39,393 nt of DNA from Azolla caroliniana. Taxonomy: Eukaryota > Plantae > Polypodiophyta. The stretch is from positions 1 to 39,393 of the forward strand of contig JBHGNT010000285.1 of assembly GCA_043228905.1 (NCBI GenBank). The letters are read 5' to 3'. Below the pieces are notes generated by a model. It was not told the DNA's origin. It ran no database searches and was given only the letters and a program-made list of their open reading frames with translations. This document shows, one piece after another, positions 1 to 10,477 of the stretch. Within the stretch, counting starts at the first letter, position 1. Each line of letters begins with the position of its first letter. The position numbers were made by a program, and so were the translations under genes.

Positions 1-736
1 AGGGACGGGCCCACCCCTCATGGATTCCCAGAATCCAGCCGTGAAAATCATGCTTAAAGGACGCGACCTTCATGGGTGCATAATTGACGGCGTCTCCGGT
101 GTGAACGTCATCAACGAGGCCACATGTCACACCTTCGGCATAAACCAATGGGAGCCTTGCCTCTTTTGGCTTCGGATGGCCGATACACGATCAGTTCGCC
201 CCATCGGATTAATCCGCCACCTCGACTTTACTCTAGGAGGCCACATGTTCACTATCTCGGCCGTTGTATTATGACTCGAAGCACAGGGCACCTACCCAAT
301 GTTACTTGGCAAACCGCGCACAACAAATATCATACAGCATTGGCAGCACAACATGATCTCGTTTCGCCGAGGAAAGACCAAGGTCCGGATCATAACCAAA
401 GAACGCTTAACAACGCCCCACAACACCTCTCTGTTATACGCGGAAGGGGTGGACATGCTCGACGGGTTAGCCGATGACGAGATGGATGACTTCCTAGAAG
501 ACCATCCCACTATCATACCCCTCTTCGAAATCGATGCCATATCGGTCGTCGAAACACCTTTAGACGAGGAGGTCACGGAGAATACACCTCCCTAGTACGA
601 GCCAGATCCCACCACCATCGCAGAATTACGACACGCTCGGGACGCTTTTGAACGTGAACTCGCCATCTCCCAACGAGTGAAGGCATCAACGCTCGAAACA
701 CTGAACCTCGGTTCGGACGAGAACCCTCACACCCTG

Positions 737-1156
737 TGTCATGAACAGTACTGAGACAGAGAAGGAATTAGTACTAAATGAAGGATTAGTACTATGAGAG
801 GTGTGGAACTTCTTCGAGAGAAGGAAGAAGTGAGCGAGACAGAGAGAAAGAGAGAGAGTGATGATAAGAAAGATATGTATTATATGAAGAGAATATACAA
901 TGGTGGCTAAAAGGCTTAAGACTAGCGTTGAACCAATTTGGTTCAACATAATGCCTAGTGCCCTCTTTTATAGTGTTTTCAGGAGTAATCCTGAATTTTC
1001 TAGAATGTTCTAGAGAAATCTGGAATATACACTAATTTCCTATAATAAAATGTAAATGAAAATAATATCCTACGTATTACAATAGATGATCTAATGGTCA
1101 AGATCTCGACCCATATAATCTAAGGTCATGGGTTCGAGTCTTGCCATATCATGACA
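737..1156 (-). repeat. 3' LTR of chromovirus (420 bp)
   Basis: Direct repeat of 5971-6408; about 11 substitutions by manual count plus an 18-bp (GA)n indel. Confidence 0.96.
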
Positions 1157-4100
1157 CTATCCCCCTTTTAAAACGACGAGTGTCACGAGTCGTCTTGGAT
1201 TGAGGACCTGGTTTGTGTGGATATTGACGATGGAAGTCTTCAAGAAGAGCACGAGCATTGGTCACATTCTCGATCGGTTCCCAAGTATGTTCGCGGGGGC
1301 TATAGCCTAGCCAGTCGACTAGATAGTAGAGCTTGTTGCGAACAATCTTGGAATCAAGGATGGCGGCAACCTCGTACTTCGGCCCATCTTCAAGCTCGAT
1401 CGGGGGTGGAGGTTGGATAAGATGTCCTGGGATGGTGCTCTCATGGTAGGGTTCGAGGAGAGAACTATGAAACACCGGATGTATCCGAAGTTGAGGAGGT
1501 AGATCGAGACGAAATGCGACATCATTAATCTGTCCAATAATACGGAAAGGACCTAATCGCCGATAATCTAACTTCTCACATGGACGAGTAGTCTTGATGT
1601 GTCGTCGTCGCAGCCACACCCGATCTCCAATATTAAAACTGGATGGAAGTCGATGACGATCCGCGTAGACCTTGTGTGTTTGTTGAGCTTGCTAGAGATG
1701 AGTAGATAAATCCGCTTGTATCTTGCGTAACTGCTCCAAACGATCCTCCGCACACGGATTTGTGGACACCTCTGGGGTTTCAAGTACACTCCACTGGGGG
1801 TGACATCCCGTATAAGCATAAAAAGGCGTAACTTTAGTGGATGCATGGATAGAGTTGTTATAGGCAAATTCGGCGAAGTGGAGAATATCTACCCAGTCAT
1901 CTTGATGATAGCTGAGAAAGCACCGCAGATACTGCTCCAACGTTTGATTTGTTCGTTCAGCTTGGCCATCGGTTTGTGGGTGGTAGCCGGAGGAGAGGTT
2001 ACAAGTGACCTTGAGCATGTTAAAAAGGTGCTTCCAGAATTTTGACACGAACTGGGGTCCACGGTCGCTGATGATACTATCGGGAAGTCCATGATGCCGA
2101 CATACTTCACGCATGACAATTTCGGCAGTGTCTTCATTGGAGATCTCCTTAGTACATGGCAAGAAATGAGCCATCTTCGTATATCGATCGACCACCGTTA
2201 GAATCGCATTGAACCCCTTAGAGACTGGAAGATCTGTGATGAAGTCTAGAGCAATGGATTGCCACGGCTTGCTTGGAATTTGTAATGGTTCTAATAAACC
2301 ATATGGATGATGCCTTGGCGTTTTCGTTTTCGCTCTGCAACATGTATCACAAGTCCGAACAAAATCCTCGACAAATTGTCGCATACAAGGCCACCAGAAT
2401 GTTCGTTGTACTAAATGTAATGTTTTAGTACTACCAAAATGCCCAGCTATATATGTGTGATGACAGTTTTGTACTACTCGAAGGCGGCAAGAACCATTAG
2501 GAACATACAAAAGTTCTTTAAAGAAGAGTAATCCATCATGGTATTTGAATTGCCGATAGTCCGTACCTGGTGGTTGCGACTGTGAACACGACGCTCGAGA
2601 GGGATCAATTTGTGCTAGTATAGCTTGGGCGAACGCATCTGTCTTCAAGTCTTCACGTATGGTATTGATAACGCAGGAATCCATAGGCATGTCAAAGATC
2701 TGTGTTGCTTGTAGTCGTGCCGGTCCCAAGATGACTTGTTTTTGGTTATCGAAAGTTGGCTCGCCGGGACGGGGTGCTAGATACGAACGTTGTGATAATG
2801 CATCTGCCTTCCCTTGGTGCCTCCCCGGACGATATGTAATTTTGAAGTCGAAACGCGTGAGGAAGTGGGCCCACCGAGCTTGATGTCGATTCAACACACG
2901 AGCATCCTGAAAGTAGGCAAGATTCTTGTGGTCACTAAATACGGTGACTGGATGAGAGGATCCCTCCAGAAAATGCCTCCATTGCATAAAAGAATCCACT
3001 ATCGCCAATAGCTCCTTATCATGAATTTCGTAGTTGATTTCGGCGGCGTCAAACTTGCGTGAGTCAAAAGCCACAGGATGTAGCTTCTCATCATTCCCCT
3101 GTTGTGACAGAATGCTCCTCAATGCAAAATCCAATGCGTCAGCTTCGATAATGAATGGTTTTTCCGGATCGACATGAGCTAGAATTGGAGCCGATGTAAA
3201 TGCCTTTTTAAGACTCTCGAAAGCCATGTCCGTTTCTTCAGACTAGATGAACGGTTGTCCCTTCCTGGTAAGTTGTGTGAGAGGTAGAACGATCTTTGAG
3301 TAATCTTGTATGAACTTCCGGTAAAAATTGGCAAAGCCTAAGAAGCATTGCACATCCCGCACCGAACGCGGAGTCTGCCATTCTACCACCATTTTGACCT
3401 TAGTTGGGTCCATGGAGATGCCTTCTGACGAAATGATGTAGTTGAGAAATTCCACTTGGTTGCACCCGAAACTACATTTTTCCAGCTTTGCATACAGACC
3501 ATGTTCTCGAAGTCGTTTTAGTACTAATTGTACATGAGAATCTTGTTCTTCTTAGGTCTTTGAATAAACCAGTAGATCATCCAAATAGATGATCAAACAA
3601 TCATCCAAGAGATCTCGGAATATATCATTAGCCATGTGCTGGAAGACTGCCGGCGCATTAGTGAGGCCGAACGGCATGACCGTATACTCGAAGTGCCCAT
3701 ATCTGGTGCGAAACGCGGTCTTCCATTCGTCTCCTGGTCGGATCCGTACGAGGTTATATGCTCCCCGTAAGTCGATCTTCATGAAGAACCTGGCACCATT
3801 GATCCGTTCTAAAAGACTTGAGATAAGGGGAAGAGCATACCTATTCCTGGTTGTAACCTTATTCAACCACGGTAATCTACAACGAGACGAAGCGATCCAT
3901 CTTTTTTTTTGACGAAGAAAAAGGGCGCGCCGGCTGGAGATTTCGAATGCCGAATGAAACCATTTTCCAAATTCTCCTCTATATAGGCCCGAAGGACTTC
4001 CAGCTCGGTTGGTGACAAATTGTAGATCGGTCCCCATGGCGGCTCTTTTCCCGGATGTAAATCGATGGGGCAATCGTACGGTTGATGATGAGGAAGTGTG

Positions 4101-4711
4101 TTGGCTTGTACTTTATCGAACACATCGGCGTAATGACGATACTTCTCGAGAAGTTGAACGGTGGATTCTTCTTTAGTGGTGCTGGAGGGGTTTATTGATA
4201 TTGCAAAGAGGAACATTTCCTCCTTGTGCCCTTCTTTACGCAATTGACGTAGCAAAATGGTTACCATCTTCTGAGTTGACCCTTGGGTTTGTCGACACTG
4301 GATTTCTCTTGTTCTCCAATCTATGTCTGGGTTATGTAACTCGAACCATGGTAATCCTAAAACTATAGGATGTTCTGGGATACTAATAATATTAAATGAT
4401 ACTACACATGCTAAGTTATCTAGGACAATATTAATGGGCTCTGACTCTTTTATGATATTTCCGGAAGCAATGGGACGTCCATCAATGACTACTACAGAGG
4501 CTGGACACTGGAGTTTTCTTAGGGATATCTTATGAGCTTGAGCAAATTTCTTATCCATAAAGCAAGAGTTAGCTTCGGAATCTAGGAGTGCTAGGACATG
4601 TACTGGAGGGGTACTTTTAGTACTAACTATTACTTGGGCTATGAACACATCACTAACTTGCTTAGAGGGAATGGAACCACTAATGGGCTGCATAGATCTA
4701 GGGTTGTCCAA
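1149..4711 (-). pseudogene. pol: Chromovirus pol pseudogene: protease, reverse transcriptase, RNase H, integrase, chromodomain
   Basis: PR LLDSEANSCF (DSGA expected); [27 protein letters not shown]; RNase H IIEADALDFA, NYEIHDKELLAI; INT HHCC finger, IALDFITDLP, SDRGPQF, QAERTNQ, GPF; chromodomain YEVAAILDSKIVRNKLYYLVDWLGY..TWEP. Frameshift near 3870; premature stops at 3552, 3243 and 1692. Confidence 0.95.
1157..1169 (-). other. Polypurine tract (AAAAGGGGGATAG)
   Basis: Purine run directly upstream of the 3' LTR on the element strand. Confidence 0.9.
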
Positions 4712-4737
4712 CCAAACGGCTCCTATTTTGGCTGGAC

Positions 4738-5898
4738 TTAGTCATTTAACTCTTCTTCTAACTGATTAAGGACATCAAATTTGTTTGCTAGATCTGGGAT
4801 ATTAGTACTATTAGTACTATTAGGACTATCAGATATCCCTACTGAAATAGGCTCGGATTTAGTACAATTAGAACTAGCGACTATTTGGTTTACATGTCTT
4901 CTTGGCCTATGGGGGCAATTTATTGCGATATGTCCTGGTCCACCGAAGTAAAGACATAGTCGATTTGTACGGCGTCGCTGCTTTTCTTCTTCGGATAATG
5001 GCCCTCGACGACGTGTAGTGTCAATCTCCATCGGAGTCGGAGTATTCGCTGGAGGCGCATTATATGACTCCCTCGGAAAAGGTCTTGCTACCACTGAGGC
5101 GTAGGTGGGCTCTGATCTTGCCCTCGGCATCTGTAGCTGTCGTTCCGAACGTCGCTCAAAGAGGCGGTTGTCACATCTCACCGCGCGACTGATTGCTTCT
5201 GTTAAGGACTTTGGTTCTACGGGGAAGGTCAATAGTAAATCCTTGACGTCGTTGCGTAAACCATAACGGAATTGCTCCATCAACGCTTGATCATCCCAAG
5301 GGATATCGGCGGCGAGTAGGCGAAAATCTGCAGCGTATGCGGAGGCTGGATGGTCACCTTGGCGTAATCGCCGGATTTTGTTGATTGCGGTCCTGATGTT
5401 GTTAGTATCTCCGAAACATGCTTTAAACTCACCTAGAAACTCTTCAAAATTGTTGAGTAACGGAGATTCCTTTTCTAATAGTGGAGCGAACCATGACAAC
5501 GCTGAGCCACTTAACAAAGTGCCTACTAAACCCACTCATGATGCATCGATGGGATATCGGGAAGGATGCATTTGAATAACTAATCTTACCTGGTTAAGGA
5601 ACCCTCTAAACTGCGATCGCGTTCCATCGAACTTCGTGGGAAGGCCAATCTTGGGTTCTTTATGAATCCCTTGTGTTCCGGGCCCTTGTTGTTGCATCGC
5701 TACGATGGTTGCTTCGAGTTGTTGCACGCGTAACGCAAGTTCCCCATGTTGTTGTTGCGTTTGCTACTTTTCTAAGGAGATTTGCTGAAGATCCCCCAGC
5801 AACCGTTGGTTTTCTTGTTCCAAAGCATGGAACTTCTCCTTCAAGCATTGAAATTCCGAGAAAACAGATTGATATTCTTCAACGCTAACAGTGGCCAT
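4738..5898 (-). pseudogene. gag: Chromovirus gag pseudogene (retrotransposon gag domain plus degenerate CCHC knuckle)
   Basis: Single frame from ATG 5898 (MATVSVEEYQ) to TAA 4738 with premature stops at 5764-5766 and 5536-5538; motifs PTKFDG, LLSGSALSWF, LRQG, FRYGL, CLYFGGPGHIAINC. Confidence 0.88.
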
Positions 5899-5956
5899 GG
5901 GATGAAAGAAAAGAGGAATAAAAGATTAGTAGGAAATGAGAGACAGAAGGTAGGGA

Positions 5957-5968
5957 AAATTGGTTCAA
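5957..5968 (-). promoter_or_regulatory. Putative self-priming primer-binding site (TTGAACCAATTT)
   Basis: Lies 2 nt after the 5' LTR, lacks the TGG of a tRNA PBS, and is perfectly complementary (12 nt) to the element-strand sequence at 6180-6191 inside the LTR. Confidence 0.75.
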
Positions 5969-5970
5969 AC

Positions 5971-6408
5971 TGTCATGAATAGTACTGAGACAGAGAAGGA
6001 ATTAGTACTAAACGAAGGATTAGTACGATGAGAGGTGTGGAACTTCTTCGAGAGAAGGAAGAAGTGAGCGAGACAGAGAGAAAGAGAGAGATTGAGAGAG
6101 AGAGAGAGAGTGATGATAAGAAAGATATGTATTACATGAAGAGAATATACAATGGTGGCTAAAAGGCTTAAGACTGGCGTTGAACCAATTTGGTTCAACA
6201 TAATGCCTAGTGCCCTCTTTTATAGTGTTTTCAGGAGTAATCTTGAAGCTTCTAGAATGTTCCAGAGAAATCTGGAATATACACTAATTTCCTATAATAA
6301 AATGTAAATGAAAATAATATCCTACGTATTACAATAGATGATCTAATGGTCAAGAGCTCGACCCATATAACCTAAGGTCATGGGTTCGAGTCTTGCCATA
6401 TCATGACA
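5971..6408 (-). repeat. 5' LTR of chromovirus (438 bp)
   Basis: TG...CA ends with 8-bp terminal inverted repeat; direct repeat of 737-1156. Confidence 0.96.
6218..6224 (-). promoter_or_regulatory. TATA box (TATAAAA) of the 5' LTR
   Basis: Canonical TATAAAA about 34 nt upstream of the predicted self-primer/TSS at ~6190. Confidence 0.65.
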
Positions 6409-6450
6409 CCCTGTAGATTTCTAATAACATACCAACCGATGAACGAGCAG

Positions 6451-6785
6451 CCCTCATACCGATTACCGGGATGTATTCGCATGGTCTTACACGGATATGA
6501 AGGGTTTGGACCCTCAATACTACCAACACCAGATCCATCTTTTCCTTGACGCTCGGCCGGTTCAGCAAAGACGCTACAGGATGAACCCCAATTATGCGGC
6601 TAAGGTCAAGGACGAAATAAACAAGCTCCCTCATACCGATTACCAGGATGTATTCGCATGGTCTTACACGGATATGAAGGGTTTGGACCCTCAATACTAC
6701 CAACACCAGATCCATCTTCTCCTTGACGCTTTAGGATGAACCCCAATTATGCGGCTAAGGTCAAGGATGAAATAGACAAGCTCCT
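6451..6785 (+). repeat. Tandem duplication (177-bp period) in host gypsy pol; second copy has a 22-bp deletion
   Basis: CCCTCATACCGATTACC starts at 6451 and 6628; the second copy lacks the segment between two GACGCT hexamers. Confidence 0.85.
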
Positions 6786-7113
6786 CCGAGTCGGGTTCAT
6801 ACGACCTGTAAAACGTGCCACATGGTTAAGCCCAATCATAGTTGTCCACAAGAAAAACGGGAAAATCGGAGTCTGCGTTGACTACCGCAAGCTTAATGCT
6901 GCAACAGTCACGGATGGATTCCCTCTCCTGTTCACGGATAGCGTTCTTGACACGGTGGCGGGTCACGAATGCTACAACATTCTAGACGGGTTCAGTGGCT
7001 ACAACCAAATCAGAATGCACCCAAATGATCAAGAGAAAACAGCATTTGTCACGGAATGGGGTGTTTTGTGGCAGAAGTAATGATGTTCGGTTTGAAAACG
7101 GCGCCGGCCACGT

Positions 7114-8401
7114 TGTCGTGTGAATCTTCACACACTATGTAAAAAAATAATGAAATAATTATTATAGATTAGATTAGTAGCTTACTATAGAAAGATGGAT
7201 ATACTCAAGAGCTTCAAAATGTATTTTACTATATACAAAATGGAGAAATACATATCAAGTTATGAGAAAATAAAGTTTGATTAGATAGGGAAATTAGAAC
7301 TATCCCACATAGATAGGAAAGTTAAGGCCCTGGCTATATAAACACCTTGAGCTCCCTCATTTTTCATTTGTGCTAAGAGCACTTTGGCCACTTTGTCTTG
7401 ATGGATTATGGTGGCCAAATTCCCTAAAACCGGAAACCGGCCGGTAAGCAAATCCGGAAACCGGCCGGTATGCAATCCGGAAACCGGCTGGTATGCAAAA
7501 CCGGAACCGGAACCGGCCGACAAGCAAACCGGAACCAGAATGGGTATGTAAACCGGAAACCGGCCGGTAAGCAAAACCGGAACCGACCGGCAAGCAAAAT
7601 CGGAACCGGCCGGCAAGCAAAGCCGGAACCGGAACCGGCAAGCAAACCGGAACCGGTCGGCAAGCAAAGCCGGAACCGGAACCGGCAAGCAAACCGGAAC
7701 CGGCCGGCAAGCAAAATCGGAACCGGAACCGACCGGCAAGCAAAATGGAACCGGCTATCGGACGAGGTTGGACGCGGACGGACGAAAGATTGGATCATGC
7801 AACAAACTAAAGTAAAGTGAAGAGAACTAAAGTAAAGGCCATGTGGACGCAAGCAAGTAAAGAAGGAGTGCATGGAAAAAGTAAAGGTCATGTGGACAGT
7901 CACATGCAACCAAAAGAAAAAGCTAGGCAACTAAAAGTAGAGGCCATGCAACAAAAAGTGAAAAGGCTATGATCAAGGGAGAACTCCATATTTATTCCAT
8001 TTTTTTTCCTACACTAGGACTCACTCTCCATATTATCTAAATTTTTTTTTCTTTTGTTGGGGAGCTTTCTGATCTTATCGAAGCCAATAACCCTAATCTT
8101 CCCTACGTAAGTTATCTCTCAAGTAAACCATAATTTCCATACGGAAGCAATCTCTCAAAATCCAAAATTCCTTGTCAAAGCCATATCACTCAAGAATAAT
8201 AATCTCTTATTTCCTCTTATCTATTATTCTAGGGTTTAGGGTTTACATGCATCTCTTTTCCAAGAGTAGTAGGTGATGCAGGCTGTTACATGCATTAAAA
8301 AAATATTACACGCTTGTATAAACCATTATATAAATCACATTACTTTAAATTATACTATTATACATTATTCATAATCTGTGGGAAGCAACAGCTTCCACAC
8401 A
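7114..8401. mobile_element. Possible solo or recombinant LTR of an unidentified retroelement
   Basis: Begins with TGT exactly where the gypsy RT breaks and ends ...GCTTCCACACA near where the ADSL intron begins; TATA-like CTATATAAA at ~7333; non-coding; no TSD. Confidence 0.35.
7427..7755. repeat. GC-rich minisatellite of AACCGG / GCAAACCGGAACCGGCCGGCAA-type units (~20-35 bp, imperfect)
   Basis: Directly visible repetition; produces spurious repetitive ORFs. Confidence 0.9.
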
Positions 8402-9599
8402 CCCCAACTGTATGAGTGAGAATCAACATTCTTTACAAGTCAGAATAAAATCAATTTCACACAGGTAGTACTACTCAAATGTCAACTTCAAGTGCATCGG
8501 TTGTTTACCTGACCATGTGTTCGAGAGAGCATTGCTATGTCACTATACTCACGAGAAAGTGAACGAAGCGACTCGATAAGTTCTGCCATAATTGGGAGAA
8601 CTATTGTGTGTATAGAATGTTGCAACATCAATCCATGTGCTAGATTATTGATATCCTCTGATGTACATGCAAAATGTATGAACTCCAACACCTAGTGCCA
8701 CAGGCAGAGGACACATTAATTAAATTTCAAAAAACATTATGATCAACCCTTGATACAGAGGCAAAATGGAAGAATCAACCATGTATTTGCTCAAATAGTG
8801 CATATAATTCTCAATGATAGAAAAAGGGCATTTGAGGAGTAAGGAAAAAGTCAGGCATATTTTGATCTTAAAATTCCTTCCATCAAAGAGAATGTACTTT
8901 TTCTTGGAGCCAACCTTGACGCTACTACCATGTACCTTCTCAAGTTCAGGATGTGAGCGGCATTTGTCCTTTAAGACATACTCGACGGCCTTTACATCAT
9001 GATTGGTAACTCTTTCAACACCCTTGACAGCACGGGTATCAGCCAGGCTGATATTCGAAGAGATACTCTCCAAAAATAGTCGAGCATCTTCACTAAATAA
9101 AGGCACTTCTTCAAATTCAGTAATTTCAGACAGCTTCAATAGGCACTGCACCTGCAAGATTTGCTATGCCAACACTCTAAATGATCCCACAACACACAAA
9201 CTATCTGATAGATGACCAAATAATATTGTTGTTTATTTTCAATATTATTTTCATGCATACGTCTCAGACCTTGATAGAATTGCAAATGCAGGAAAATAAA
9301 TAGTTAATGTGTGTATTTCTATGTTTAACTATGTATTTTATATCACATACATCTTTGTGTGTGTATTGTGTATATGTGTGTATTATGTATATGTATATGT
9401 ATTCACATATATGTACATATGTGTCTACAATATTGTGATGTATTGAAAGAGCAAGAAGAAAAGTGAGGAATATCAAACCTCGACAAGCACTTGGTAACGG
9501 ATCAAACCGTACTCACTCAGATAGGCGCTTAGCTTCTTCACCTGCCGAGCATAGCGCCCATCCAGAGGCGAGATTGCCATCAATTCGGAGCGCTCTTCT

Positions 9600-9754
9600 T
9601 TTGCAGTATTGTTGAGGAAGCTCTCCATAGTTGAACTAACAGTCTGTGAGAGAAGTTCAGAAATGAATATAAAACACTTTGCAGTATTGTTGAGGAAGAT
9701 CTCCATAGTCGAACTAACAGTCTGTGAGAGAAGTTCAGAAATGAATATAAAACA
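9600..9754. repeat. 78-bp tandem duplication spanning the intron 1/exon 2 acceptor (in every unit)
   Basis: GCAGTATTGTTGAGGAAG at 9603 and 9681; two TCTCTCACAG acceptors (exon starts 9643 and 9721). Confidence 0.92.
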
Positions 9755-9785
9755 TCCGCATTAAGTTTCCATTGAATATACAAAT

Positions 9786-9852
9786 ACATATACATGTGCA
9801 TATGCATATGCATATCCATATCCATATGCATATGCATATGGATATGCATATC
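9786..9852. repeat. (CATATG/CATATC)n hexamer microsatellite in ADSL intron 1 (in every unit)
   Basis: Visible repeat; 6-bp contraction in unit 4. Confidence 0.85.
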
Positions 9853-10174
9853 ACAATATTTAGAATATATATATTGACCTTGAGGGAGGTGAGCATGTGT
9901 GCTTTGAATGGTGATGAGGAGGCGGCGGTGGTTAGGGAGAAGGCACTTCTTTTGTGTGGTCGCATGTGGATGCGTTGGGGAGGAGAAGGAAGAGGTAGCG
10001 GCGTTGGGGAACATGGAGGAGTCCTGTTGCTGCTGGAAGCACGCGGAGATGGGGCACCGAAGAAGGAAGCCAACGCTCTAGCATCAGAGGCCCAAGGCAT
10101 GTTGAAGAAGAAGAAGAAGAAGAGGAGCCGATATCACACAGCAGCCAGCCGACGTCTGTCTGTGTCTGTGTCTA

Positions 10175-10260
10175 TAAACAACGTTGTTTTGTGCTTTTTT
10201 ATGATACCTCCTCTCCTTTAAACAACGTTCTTTTGTGCTTTTTTATGATACCTCTCCTTT
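10175..10260. repeat. 44-bp direct duplication in the ADSL upstream region (in every unit)
   Basis: TAAACAACGTT..TTTGTGCTTTTTTATGATACCTC at 10175 and 10219. Confidence 0.85.
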
Positions 10261-10477
10261 TGATGTTACTGCAAGCAATAGGATTTCAACATCCAAATTA
10301 AGCATTTACATGCCCTTTCTCACTTCTACCATAACTTTTCACTCTTTGCAACTTAGAAATTTGCCTCGAGACCAACCAATTAAACATTATTCTTATTTGG
10401 AAGTGATGGATGGCCATGTGCGCAAATAAGAAAAAAACATTGCATATGAATTGGATGAAGAGGTGTTCAAGCTCTGC

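Larger units (their letters stand above)
737..6408 (-). mobile_element. Full-length Ty3/gypsy chromovirus LTR retrotransposon (Tcn1/Tf1-sushi-like), inactivated
   Basis: Two LTRs bounded by TGTCATGA...TCATGACA; 5-bp TSD CCCTG at 732-736 and 6409-6413; domain order gag-PR-RT-RNaseH-INT-chromodomain on the - strand; PPT next to the 3' LTR. Confidence 0.97.
1..7113 (+). mobile_element. Decayed non-chromovirus Ty3/gypsy (Tat/Athila-like) pol fragment, interrupted by the chromovirus at 737-6408
   Basis: Aspartic-protease-like IIDGVSGVNVI at 20-274 with in-frame stops downstream. The sequence resumes after the CCCTG TSD. RT motifs WLSPIIVV, VCVDYRKLN, LDGFSGYNQI, KTAFVTEWG, then (frameshifted) MMFGLKTAPA; the element breaks off at ~7113. 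Confidence 0.85.
8509..10100 (-). pseudogene. purB: Adenylosuccinate lyase, 5' half (4 exons, 262 aa, probable plastid transit peptide), 3'-truncated
   Basis: Exons 10100-9879, 9643-9479, 9151-8936, 8691-8509, all GT-AG phase 0 and open. Motifs AISPLDGRY, LSEYGLIRYQVLVEV, TNHDVKAVEY, FIHFACTSEDINNL, MLSRTHGQ. Exon 1 is Ser/Pro/Arg-rich. No downstream exon (PASPTT.GKE) and no SSxMPxKxNP signature in the window. Confidence 0.92.

Noticed and set aside
686-949. Hydrophobic 87-aa ORF (and its twin at 5965-6201)
   Set aside because: Lies inside the LTRs, has a non-ATG start, and its Leu/Ser content comes from the (GA)n microsatellite.
1217-5982. Short + strand ORFs across the chromovirus
   Set aside because: Antisense shadows of gag/pol with no recognisable motifs.
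7281-7930. Overlapping 116-168 aa ORFs with PVPV/RFRF/GSGS repeats
   Set aside because: These are translations of the AACCGG minisatellite in several frames; no domain signal.
9264-9476. 70-aa ORF with a signal-peptide-like start
   Set aside because: Falls wholly within ADSL intron 2, is low-complexity TA/TG sequence, and has a non-ATG start.
9580-10221. His/Met-rich (HMHMH) and Cys/Ile-rich ORFs resembling metal-binding proteins, repeated in each unit
   Set aside because: They arise from the intronic CATATG microsatellite and from alternative or antisense frames of ADSL exon 1.
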